A stretch of 64,000 bases of DNA. It comes from Bacteroidales bacterium. Lineage in GTDB: Bacteria > Bacteroidota > Bacteroidia > Bacteroidales > P3. The translations under genes and the position numbers were made by a program. Shown here piece by piece: positions 31,470-40,207 of the stretch. Positions within the stretch are counted from its first letter, which is position 1, and the number at the start of each line of letters is the position of its first letter. The DNA lies in the NCBI GenBank assembly GCA_045601425.1, contig JAZRZP010000040.1, forward strand, positions 80,081-144,080, in the 5' to 3' direction. The notes beneath the pieces are model-generated. The model was not told where the DNA came from, ran no database searches, and was given only the letters and a program-made list of their open reading frames with translations.

Positions 31470-32405
31470 TTATTTGTACAGGCTTCCGGTGTTTATTACG
31501 GGGCTGGCACTTTCGTCGGCACAGAGTACCACCAGAAGGTTGCTTACCATGGCGGCTTTCTTTTCTTCGTCGAGTTCAACGATGTTTTCGGTGGAAAGTT
31601 TCTTGAGTGCGAGGTCAACCATGGAAACGGCACCTTCCACTATTTTCTCCCTTGCGGAAATTATGGCGTCGGCCTGCTGGCGTCGCAGCATAACCGAGGC
31701 TATTTCGGGCGAATAGGCAAGGTAATTTATACGTGCTTCGACAACTTCTATGCCGGCAATGTCGAGGTGTTTGCGGAGCTCTTCTTCCAGACGGTCGTTG
31801 ATTTCTTCGCCGCCGCTGCGGAGGGTGATTTCCTTGCAGTCCCTGTCCATGTTGTCGTAAGCGTACATTCCGGCAACTTTCCTGAGGGCCGCATCGCTCT
31901 GCACTGCCACGAAATTATCGTATTTGCCTGCCGTTTCCACCTCAAAGCATACTTTGTAGGTGTCCTTTATTTTCCAAACCAGTACCAGACCAATCATTAT
32001 CGGATTTCCGTTCTTGTCGTTCACTTTTATCGGTTCCACGTCCATGTTGTTGGCCCTGAAAGAAATCTTGGTTTTGTTGAAAAACGGATTTACCCAGAAA
32101 AAACCGTTCTGTTTCACGGTTCCGCGGTATTTTCCGAAGAAAATCATTACCCGCGACTGGTTCGGCTGCACGGTGAAAAATCCGCACCAGTCGAGAATGT
32201 AGATTATAACGAACACCAGTCCTGAAAATACCGGCAATGCAACCCAGCCCGTCCCTTCAGGACACTCCTCGGTAAACATGCAGTCCCATGAAACCATCCA
32301 TACTATGCACAGTATGAATGCCGCGAGCATCAGAAAATTGATGAACAAATGTAAGAAACCGTTGTTCTTTACAGTCATTTTTTTAATAAATTCTTTTGTT
32401 TCCAT
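31470..32405 (-). CDS. SPFH/band-7 domain membrane protein
   Basis: N-terminal TM helices then an SPFH core and a C-terminal coiled coil. Start set at the internal ATG 32405; the ORF extends to 32531. Confidence 0.65.
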   Translation of the reverse strand: METKEFIKKMTVKNNGFLHLFINFLMLAAFILCIVWMVSWDCMFTEECPEGTGWVALPVFSGLVFVIIYILDWCGFFTVQPNQSRVMIFFGKYRGTVKQNGFFWVNPFFNKTKISFRANNMDVEPIKVNDKNGNPIMIGLVLVWKIKDTYKVCFEVETAGKYDNFVAVQSDAALRKVAGMYAYDNMDRDCKEITLRSGGEEINDRLEEELRKHLDIAGIEVVEARINYLAYSPEIASVMLRRQQADAIISAREKIVEGAVSMVDLALKKLSTENIVELDEEKKAAMVSNLLVVLCADESASPVINTGSLYK

Positions 32406-32467
32406 GTTTTTGATTTTTAATATGTTAAACTTGTTTTTGTGATATTGTTTTAATATTATTTCAATTG

Positions 32468-32475
32468 CAAAGATA
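32468..32475 (-). promoter_or_regulatory. -7 promoter box (GTATCTTTGCAA on the minus strand) for the SPFH gene
   Basis: CAAAGATA on plus is the reverse complement of TATCTTTG; 63 bp upstream of the ATG at 32405. Confidence 0.5.
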
Positions 32476-32830
32476 CGACTATTTTCCTGATTTGCAAGTT
32501 TTTTTTCATTTTTTTTGAAAAAATTTACCATATTGAAAAAAAATGTTTAATTTTGCACGTGATACGGTTCAGTTAGAACTTGTATATTTTGCTGAGATTC
32601 AGCAGAATATGTGAAATAAAGATGTGAAAAAACGTACGTTTTTCATGTCTTTTTGTTGTTTTTATAAGTTATTATTTCTCAATTAGTTAATTTTTACGTT
32701 TTCTGCGAAAAAAAACGTACCTTTTTACAAAAGTAAAAAATTACTTTCTGTAACCCTTTGTACGACTACTATTGCAGCAGTTTCGGGCATATTTTTCTCA
32801 TGTGCCAAGGAAGAACTCGACTACAGCAAG

Positions 32831-34498
32831 TTGAACCTCATCGGCGACCCGAAACCAATTACGGTCAGTGCCACTTTGCCGAAATCTGCAAGTTTGGACA
32901 AGACAACCCTCAGTACCGACGGAAAAGTGTGTTGGGAATCCGATGATAAAATTACGGTAAACGGCACCGAACTGGGAATAAGTGCAATCCTTTCGGAGAC
33001 TTGTGCGGTGTTTGAAGGAAGTGTAGGTTCCATAACCACTACCTACGGAAGAGGTTATTGGGCAACTTACCCCACCTCGCTCAACGCGACGGGATATACC
33101 TCAAGTTCTGTGAATGTTACGATTCCGCCCGCCCAGACCTACAATGGAGACAGTATTCCAAACTACATGGCGGCGTTCAATACAGCAGCTGATGGAGACA
33201 ATCTTAATCTGCAGTTCAAGAACCTGTGCTGCATAATAAGATTTCAGGTAAAGTCTCAAGACAATGACAATAAACCCGAAAACACACTTTCCGAAATAGA
33301 AGTCGTGTCCAGCCAGAACATTGCCGGCACGGCAACGGTGCAAATGGGCGGTTCCGGTCCTGAGTTTGTCAGTTGGATCAATGGTGGCGGTGTACTGACT
33401 CTGGACTGTGGAGACACACGGCTCAACAGTGGCACCGACATCACCTTCTATGTAATGGTCCCCGCCGGAACGCAGGACCTGACCGTGAAGTTCTACGATG
33501 CTACAGGCAAGTACATGTGCAAGACTGTAAGCAGTGCGGCTCTCGCACGCAACAACATATACACTCTTTCGGCTATACTGAATGCCACCGAAGAAGCCCC
33601 CGCACATCTTTCTGGATTGTTTTCGGTGTCGCCAACCAAGAAAGTATACTTTTCCATTGGCAACCTGCAGTGGAGTGCCACAGGTGGTGGAAGTATTGCA
33701 ACCACCCATGCTGTGGCGGGAGGTGGTATTGCCGTTGGTACATGGCGTTTCTCAAAACATCAGTGGGATTTTGTGGGTGACGCAACCATGGGGAATGTAT
33801 ATGCCGGCGGTGTAAAGTGCAACAATGAATACATCTCCTCCACATACACAGGGTGGATAGATCTCTTCGGTTGGGGAACAAGCGGCTACAACGGCAAATA
33901 TCCGTATATGACAAGTTCAAATGTGTTAGACTACTGGTCTGGGGGGCTTGGCGCTTCCGATCCTGACAGCAACTACAATTGGGGCAGATACAATGCCATA
34001 AGCAACGGTGGTAACCAACCTGGATTGTGGCGGGTTCTCGAACATACTGAATGGTTTTACTTGATGAATACCCGAACCAATGCGTCCGAAAAATATGGTC
34101 CGGCTTGCGTGAATGGTGTAAACGGTATGATAATTCTGCCCGACGAATTTTCTGTACCGACAGGGTTTCATTTTGTACATGGAATGGGACCAGGAAGTAA
34201 ATACAGCGACAATACATACACCATTACCGAGTGGTTGACGTTGGAAAATGGTGGTGCGGTATTCTTGCCTGCTGGTGGTCGACGTGTCAAAGACAACAAC
34301 ACCAATCAATGCACCGTTATTGATTTGGTTGGCCAGTACGCGGCATTTTGGGGGGAAAATGTGGATGCGCGTGGTGAGTTCCCACTCATTACCACCGTAC
34401 CGACATATTTCTACTACGTTGCAGATGGATGTTACCCATCGTCCGACTATTTCAGCGAAAATGGGTTGGCGGTGCGTTTGGTGCGTGATGCAAATTAA
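32831..34498 (+). CDS. large cell-surface lipoprotein; C-terminal domain resembles the Fibrobacter succinogenes major paralogous domain (TIGR02145-like). Canonical start codon apparently lost.
   Basis: The track ORF starts at a TTG (32831). The same frame is open upstream to 32687 and encodes a textbook lipoprotein signal (K-S-K-K-LLSVTLCTTTIAAVSGIFFSC-AKEE) but no ATG; the codon where Met would be expected reads AGT (32732-32734). The C-terminus ...GLAVRLVRD matches the Fib_succ_major ending. Confidence 0.6.
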   Translation: MNLIGDPKPITVSATLPKSASLDKTTLSTDGKVCWESDDKITVNGTELGISAILSETCAVFEGSVGSITTTYGRGYWATYPTSLNATGYTSSSVNVTIPPAQTYNGDSIPNYMAAFNTAADGDNLNLQFKNLCCIIRFQVKSQDNDNKPENTLSEIEVVSSQNIAGTATVQMGGSGPEFVSWINGGGVLTLDCGDTRLNSGTDITFYVMVPAGTQDLTVKFYDATGKYMCKTVSSAALARNNIYTLSAILNATEEAPAHLSGLFSVSPTKKVYFSIGNLQWSATGGGSIATTHAVAGGGIAVGTWRFSKHQWDFVGDATMGNVYAGGVKCNNEYISSTYTGWIDLFGWGTSGYNGKYPYMTSSNVLDYWSGGLGASDPDSNYNWGRYNAISNGGNQPGLWRVLEHTEWFYLMNTRTNASEKYGPACVNGVNGMIILPDEFSVPTGFHFVHGMGPGSKYSDNTYTITEWLTLENGGAVFLPAGGRRVKDNNTNQCTVIDLVGQYAAFWGENVDARGEFPLITTVPTYFYYVADGCYPSSDYFSENGLAVRLVRDAN

Positions 34499-34524
34499 CA
34501 GGATATAACGTGTTTTCATGATTC

Positions 34525-34555
34525 GGGGGCCGCAGAAATGCGGCTCCCCTTTTTT
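34525..34555 (+). terminator. rho-independent terminator after the lipoprotein gene
   Basis: GGGGGCCGCA-GAAA-TGCGGCTCCCC hairpin then T6, 27 bp after the stop. Confidence 0.7.
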
Positions 34556-34666
34556 ATAGTGTAGCGACAATGTCCCGTTTGCAGATAGGATTTCTCGGAG
34601 ATACAGCAGTCACTGCCGGACTCGGTTCGTAAATCCGGCATCGTGAAACGGTTTAAGTCAGCCGTT

Positions 34667-35695
34667 TCACTTCCAGCCCTGAGCTTTCAGTTCTATGGCT
34701 GAGTTTTGCGGGGTTACCATTATGGCACCGCGTGCTTCCTCGGTAATGTGTCCGATGATGGAGATGCTTTCGCAGTTTTTTATTTTTTCGTAATCGGACT
34801 GGTTTACCGTAAAAAGGAGTTCGTTGTCTCCGCCACCGTTCATGGCGAAAGACGTGGGCAGCATGTTGGGGCCGAAGTCGGTGCAGACGTGCGAAGTACC
34901 GTAGTCGATGGGTATTTTTTCCTCGTAAATTTCGCAGCCGCAATGCGATTCGCGGCAAATGGCGATGGCAGCCGAGGCAAGGCCGTCACCTACATTGATC
35001 ATGGAAGTGGGGATGATTCCGTTTTCGGCAAGCCAGTCCACGATGTCTGTACGAGGTTCGGGTTTCAGGAAACGCTCAATGACATATTCATGTGAAGCAA
35101 GGTCGGGCTGGAACTGCGGATTGGCCTTGTAGGTGGCTTTTTCGCGTTCCAGAATGAGGAGTCCGGCATACGCCGAGCCGAAGTCGCCCGAGGCACAGAG
35201 CAGATCGTAAACCTTGGCACCGTTGCGGGTTACTATTTTGTTTTCCTCGGCTTCGCCGATGGCAGTGGCCGAAATCATCATGCCGGAAACGCTCGAAGTA
35301 ATGTCGCTCGAAACGAGGTCGAGGTCGTAGCGATCGCAGGCGAAATGTATTCCCTCGAAGAACTCTTCCATGGCTTCGATTGTATAACGGCTTGATATGG
35401 CAATGTTTACAATTATCTGTCTTGCGGTGGCATTCATGGCCACGATATTGGAGACGGCATTCGCAACGGCTTTGTAGCCGAGATGTTTCAGCGGGGTGTA
35501 CATCATGTCGAAATGTATGCCTTCTACCAAGACGGTATTCGTTACAACGGTTCTGTTTTCCGAAAGTTCCATCACTGCAGCGTCATCGTGCAGGGCGACT
35601 TTGGTGTTGGCGTTTTTCACTTCAAAGTTTCCGGTAAGGTGTGAAATGAGTGCGAATTTTCCGTAATCTTCAAGTTTCTTTGTTTCTTCGTTCAT
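34667..35695 (-). CDS. thiL: thiamine-monophosphate kinase
   Basis: AIR-synthase-related fold with a ThiL-like N-terminus (EDYGKFALISHLT...DDAAV) and length (342 aa). Confidence 0.75.
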   Translation of the reverse strand: MNEETKKLEDYGKFALISHLTGNFEVKNANTKVALHDDAAVMELSENRTVVTNTVLVEGIHFDMMYTPLKHLGYKAVANAVSNIVAMNATARQIIVNIAISSRYTIEAMEEFFEGIHFACDRYDLDLVSSDITSSVSGMMISATAIGEAEENKIVTRNGAKVYDLLCASGDFGSAYAGLLILEREKATYKANPQFQPDLASHEYVIERFLKPEPRTDIVDWLAENGIIPTSMINVGDGLASAAIAICRESHCGCEIYEEKIPIDYGTSHVCTDFGPNMLPTSFAMNGGGDNELLFTVNQSDYEKIKNCESISIIGHITEEARGAIMVTPQNSAIELKAQGWK

Positions 35696-35707
35696 GATGT
35701 GAGTTTA

Positions 35708-38302
35708 TCAAATTGTTGGATTTTCGGCAGAAACCAGTTTTTCTGTTTTTCTGATATCGATTCTGATTTTTGTTTCTTCGTTGTCTTTTTCCGTATCTAT
35801 CACTATTTCGTCGCATTGCGAGAGCGAGGATCCGATAATGTGTTCGGCGAGTTCGTCTTCGACGTATTTCTGTATGGCACGGCGCAGTGGGCGGGCACCG
35901 TAGTTGGGGTCCCAGCCTTTTTCCAGAATGAAGTCCTTGGCACTCTCGGTGATTTTTATTTCGTAACCCATGGCTCCGATGCGGTCAAACAGACCATTGA
36001 GTTCAATGTCGATAATACGGTGGATCTGTTCGCGTTCGAGATTGTTGAAAATGACAATGTCGTCTATGCGGTTCAGAAATTCCGGGGCGAACTGTTTTTT
36101 CATTGCCTTTTCAATCACTTCCTTTTCGAGTTTTTCACGGTCGTTGGAACGCGACGAGGTGGAGAATCCCACTCCGGTACCGAACTCTTTCAGCTGTCGG
36201 GAGCCTATGTTCGAGGTCATGATTATGATGGTGTTCTTGAAATCGACCTTACGTCCCATTCCGTCGGTGAGCTGTCCGTCGTCGAGAACTTGTAGCAGCA
36301 GGTTGAAGACGTCGGCATGAGCTTTTTCTATTTCATCGAGAAGAACGATGGAATAGGGTTTCCGGCGGACTTTTTCGGTAAGTTGGCCGCCTTCTTCGTA
36401 GCCCACATATCCCGGAGGGGCTCCTATGAGTCGGGAGACAGCGAATTTTTCCATGTATTCGCTCATGTCGATGCGTATCATGGCACTTTCGCTGTCGAAG
36501 AGGTATTTTGCCAGCACTTTTGCGAGGAAGGTTTTCCCCACGCCGGTGGGGCCGAGGAATATGAAACTTCCTATCGGGCGGTTGGGGTCTTTGAGGCCGG
36601 CACGGTTGCGGCGGACAGCTTTGGCAATCTTTGCCACAGCTTCGTCTTGTCCGATGACGCTTTTCTGGAGGTCGTCTTCCATGTTTTTAAGCCGTGAACC
36701 CTCGCTTTGTGCTATGCGCTGTATAGGCACCCCTGTCATCATGGCCACCACAGCGGCCACGTCTTCTTCGGTTACAGGAATGCGTTTTTCACGTTCTTCG
36801 GCTTCCCATTGTTTCTTTGTGTCTTCGAGTTTCGCCGAAAGCTGCCGTTCCTGATCGCGGAACACTGCGGCTTCGTTGTAGCTTTTTCGTGCAAGGACTT
36901 CTTTTTTCATGGCAACGACTCGTGCAATTTCCTGTTCGAGGGCAGTAATCTCTTCGGGTATCTTTATATTGGCGATATGTACTCTCGCACCGGCTTCGTC
37001 GAGTGCATCGATGGCCTTGTCGGGCAGCAGCCGGTCGCTGATATAGCGGTTGGTGAGCGTTACGCAGGCCTTTATTGCCTCGTCGGTGTAGCTTACGATG
37101 TGGTGATCCTCGTATTTGCTTTTTATGTTGTTCAGGATTTCGACGGTCTCATCAATGGTCGTGGCTTCGACCATGACTTTCTGGAAGCGGCGTTCCAGAG
37201 CACCGTCTTTTTCGATGTATTGCCTGTATTCGTCAAGTGTCGTAGTGCCTATGCACTGAAGTTCGTTGCGGGCAAGTGCTGGCTTGAACATGTTGGAGGC
37301 GTCGAGCGATCCCGACGAGTTTCCGGCACCGACGATGGTGTGTATTTCGTCAATGAAGACAATTATGTCGGGATTATGCCTCAGCTCGTTGAGTATGGCT
37401 TTCATGCGTTCTTCGAACTGGCCGCGGTATTTCGTTCCGGCTACCAGCGAGCCCATATCAAGGGCAATGACGCGTTTTTTGTAAAGAGTTCGCGGGACCT
37501 TTCCTTCCACGATGCGAGTGGCAAGACCTTCGGCAATGGCCGATTTGCCTACGCCGGGCTCACCGATGAGTATAGGGTTGTTCTTCTTTCTGCGGCTGAG
37601 AATCTGGGCAATGCGTTCGAGTTCCTTTTCACGTCCCACAATGGGGTCGAGGCGGTGTTCGGCAGCGGCTTGTGTGAGGTCTCGGCCGAAGTTTTCCAGT
37701 GCCGGCGTGCGGTTGTTGCCCGAAGGTTTTCTTGTGTTTTTGTCGCCGAACAGGGTGTCGTTGTCGTCATCGTCGTCAAACAGGGTGTCGTTGTCGTCGT
37801 CGTTGGGAATCTGGTTTCTTGAGCTTCTGCGGGACGTCGGTACATCGTCTCCGGATTTCTTTCGGAAATTCTCGTTCATGTATTCCGACAGTACATCGTA
37901 TGTGAGTCCCTGCTGTTGCAGAAACGAGGAAACGATGTTGTTCCCGTCTTTCATGATGGTGAGCAGGAGGTGCTCGGTATTTATCGTGTCGCTTTTGTAT
38001 TCCCTCGATACGAGATATGCGAACCGCAACACTTTTTCCAGCTGTTTCTGCATGGGAATGCTGTCGTTCGGATTGTGATTCATGCCGCTGTTTGTCTGGT
38101 TTATGGTGCGTTCGATGTTTTCTCTGACAAGGGAGATGTCCGTTTTGAAATGGTTCAGTATCTCCATGGCAGTGCAGTTCTTTTCCCGCAGCAGCCCTAA
38201 AAAAAGGTGTTCCACACCGAGAGTGGAACTTCCCAGACGCACTCCTTCGTCGTGGACATTGGATATGACCTTTGTGGCATTTTCGCTAAATTTCGGATCC
38301 AT
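35708..38302 (-). CDS. clpC: ATP-dependent Clp protease ATP-binding subunit (ClpC-like AAA+ chaperone, two NBDs)
   Basis: Clp N-domain repeats, two Walker A/B modules (GEPGVGKSAIAEGL; GPTGVGKTFLAKVLA) and a short middle linker (ClpC-like rather than ClpB). There is a poly-Asp low-complexity insert after the N-domain. Confidence 0.85.
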   Translation of the reverse strand: MDPKFSENATKVISNVHDEGVRLGSSTLGVEHLFLGLLREKNCTAMEILNHFKTDISLVRENIERTINQTNSGMNHNPNDSIPMQKQLEKVLRFAYLVSREYKSDTINTEHLLLTIMKDGNNIVSSFLQQQGLTYDVLSEYMNENFRKKSGDDVPTSRRSSRNQIPNDDDNDTLFDDDDDNDTLFGDKNTRKPSGNNRTPALENFGRDLTQAAAEHRLDPIVGREKELERIAQILSRRKKNNPILIGEPGVGKSAIAEGLATRIVEGKVPRTLYKKRVIALDMGSLVAGTKYRGQFEERMKAILNELRHNPDIIVFIDEIHTIVGAGNSSGSLDASNMFKPALARNELQCIGTTTLDEYRQYIEKDGALERRFQKVMVEATTIDETVEILNNIKSKYEDHHIVSYTDEAIKACVTLTNRYISDRLLPDKAIDALDEAGARVHIANIKIPEEITALEQEIARVVAMKKEVLARKSYNEAAVFRDQERQLSAKLEDTKKQWEAEEREKRIPVTEEDVAAVVAMMTGVPIQRIAQSEGSRLKNMEDDLQKSVIGQDEAVAKIAKAVRRNRAGLKDPNRPIGSFIFLGPTGVGKTFLAKVLAKYLFDSESAMIRIDMSEYMEKFAVSRLIGAPPGYVGYEEGGQLTEKVRRKPYSIVLLDEIEKAHADVFNLLLQVLDDGQLTDGMGRKVDFKNTIIIMTSNIGSRQLKEFGTGVGFSTSSRSNDREKLEKEVIEKAMKKQFAPEFLNRIDDIVIFNNLEREQIHRIIDIELNGLFDRIGAMGYEIKITESAKDFILEKGWDPNYGARPLRRAIQKYVEDELAEHIIGSSLSQCDEIVIDTEKDNEETKIRIDIRKTEKLVSAENPTI

Positions 38303-38675
38303 CGTAATGCTTTGAGTTTAAAAACAAATGAAATTGTTTCGAAAATATTCCATTTTTACAAATTCTATTCAATGCGGATATCGTTGCAGGACAATTGTTT
38401 ACGCAACGATATCAAGAAAAATCGAAACAATATATCAATTTCAAAAGTACTACAAAAACTTTGAAAATGCGGATTTCCGGTTTCGGATTTTTCAACACGG
38501 ATTTGTTTATATAGGCACCGAATTTACAGCCGTTTTATTGCGAAGAGTGTTTGCTGTAAAGGTTTTTACAAAAAAAACGTTTTTTTGACAAAATATAATA
38601 TATTGATATTCAGTGTGTTGATAAAATGTTTCAATGATTTTCAAGAAAATATGGCAAAAATTCAAATAAAATTAG

Positions 38676-38683
38676 TATCTTTG
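38676..38683 (+). promoter_or_regulatory. -7 promoter box TATCTTTG (AGTATCTTTGCAG) for the OmpA-family gene
   Basis: Perfect extended consensus 60 bp upstream of the ATG at 38743. Confidence 0.55.
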
Positions 38684-38742
38684 CAGTTCTATTCCCGAGA
38701 AGGAAATAAAACAAACAATATAATTAATTATAAAGTATAAAG

Positions 38743-40074
38743 ATGAAAAAAACATTAAAGATTGCAGCATTTGCACTTGTTTTGATCGGATTTAGCACAG
38801 TATTTGCGCAAGAAGCTAACACCGAGAAAACAGCAAGTCCAAGGTATCCGCATTACGGATTCTGGAGCAACTGGTCAATCGGCATCAATGGCGGTTGGAC
38901 CTACAGATTACAAAAAGAGACACTGAACAATCAGGAGATGACGTTCAACAACGACCATCGTAACGGTTGGGGTATCGGTGGACTTTTGGCAAAACAGTTG
39001 AATTACGTTTGGGACGTACGCTTCAAGGTGAACTATGCCGACGTTGATTCGAAAATCAAAAACAATCCCATTCTGGGACCAGAGAAAGAACAATCCACTC
39101 CCTATGGTGTTGTAAACTACACCAACTACATTGGTAAACACCTCAATTTCAATGTGGATTTCACATTCTCAATCATCGACGCCATCAAAGGTTATCAGGA
39201 TCCTTACAGAAAATGCAGACTCTACCTCCTTGCAGGTATGGGCGGTACAGCATTCCTGAACGATGATGAAGCTGAAAACCAGAACGGAGAACAGAAACGC
39301 TGGTTCGGCAACGAATCATTTTCTGCTAACGTTGGTTTGGGTTTTGACTGGAGATGTTGCGAACACTTCTCTCTCTATGTTGAACCTTCGATTTGGGTTA
39401 TCGCCGACCTTCCGACAGTGTTCGACGGTGACATCGTAGGAACTTATCTGTATGTTCCACTGGGACTCAAATATCATTTCGGCGTAACAGCAGCTGACAA
39501 GGCACGCATTGCACAGGAAGCTCTCCTTACACAGGAAAACTTCGACAACCTCCAGAAACAGTTGGAAGAATGTCAGGATGACCTCGCAGCATGCAACAAA
39601 AACGAACAGGATCTCAAAAACAAAATCGCTGCACTGGAAGACGAAAACGGTCAGCTCAAAGATCGTCTCGACAAGACAGAAGCAGAAAACAACCGTTTGA
39701 GAAACAAACTCAAAGATATGAAAGACAATCAGCAGAAATACTACGGATTGCCTGTATCTATCCTCTATCCTAACGATATATGGAAAGTTCAGCCTAGCGA
39801 AAAAGGCAAACTTGACGCTATCGCTAAAATCATGAAAGAAGATACTACTGTCAACTTCACAATCGTAGGTTCGTGCGACTACACTGCAAGTGACGAATAC
39901 AATGACAGACTGTCTGAAAAACGTGCTAACGAAGTCAAGAGACTTCTCGTTAAGAAGTACGGTATCAACGGTGACCGTCTGACTACAGTTGGTAAAGGTA
40001 AACGTGAATGCTTCGGTGATTGCAAGCTTTCAATCAACCGTCGCGTATCCTTCTACGTAAATATGGAAGACTAG
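38743..40074 (+). CDS. OmpA family outer-membrane protein (N-terminal beta-barrel, coiled-coil linker, C-terminal OmpA-like peptidoglycan-binding domain)
   Basis: Signal peptide. Heptad-rich linker (EDENGQLKDRLDKTEAENNRLRNKLKD). C-terminal OmpA_C motifs (TIVGSCDYTASDEYNDRLSEKRANEV). Confidence 0.8.
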   Translation: MKKTLKIAAFALVLIGFSTVFAQEANTEKTASPRYPHYGFWSNWSIGINGGWTYRLQKETLNNQEMTFNNDHRNGWGIGGLLAKQLNYVWDVRFKVNYADVDSKIKNNPILGPEKEQSTPYGVVNYTNYIGKHLNFNVDFTFSIIDAIKGYQDPYRKCRLYLLAGMGGTAFLNDDEAENQNGEQKRWFGNESFSANVGLGFDWRCCEHFSLYVEPSIWVIADLPTVFDGDIVGTYLYVPLGLKYHFGVTAADKARIAQEALLTQENFDNLQKQLEECQDDLAACNKNEQDLKNKIAALEDENGQLKDRLDKTEAENNRLRNKLKDMKDNQQKYYGLPVSILYPNDIWKVQPSEKGKLDAIAKIMKEDTTVNFTIVGSCDYTASDEYNDRLSEKRANEVKRLLVKKYGINGDRLTTVGKGKRECFGDCKLSINRRVSFYVNMED

Positions 40075-40096
40075 CAGTTTCCCTTTCTACCTTAAA

Positions 40097-40129
40097 AGGT
40101 CTGAATGAAAATTCAGACCTTTTTTTTTG
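40097..40129 (+). terminator. rho-independent terminator after the OmpA-family gene
   Basis: AGGTCTGAAT-GAAA-ATTCAGACCT perfect 10-bp stem then T9. Confidence 0.8.
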
Positions 40130-40207
40130 AAAAAATCTCCGGCAACCCTGAATTGCAGATATGAAAGAAACTTTTGAGAATGAATTACCGAAAATACAGC
40201 CTTTGTC

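Noticed and set aside
35699-37822. Several long plus-strand ORFs (198, 371 and 188 aa) inside clpC
   Set aside because: All are antisense or frame-shadow ORFs of an unambiguous Clp ATPase gene; their translations are Val/Phe/Gly-rich nonsense.
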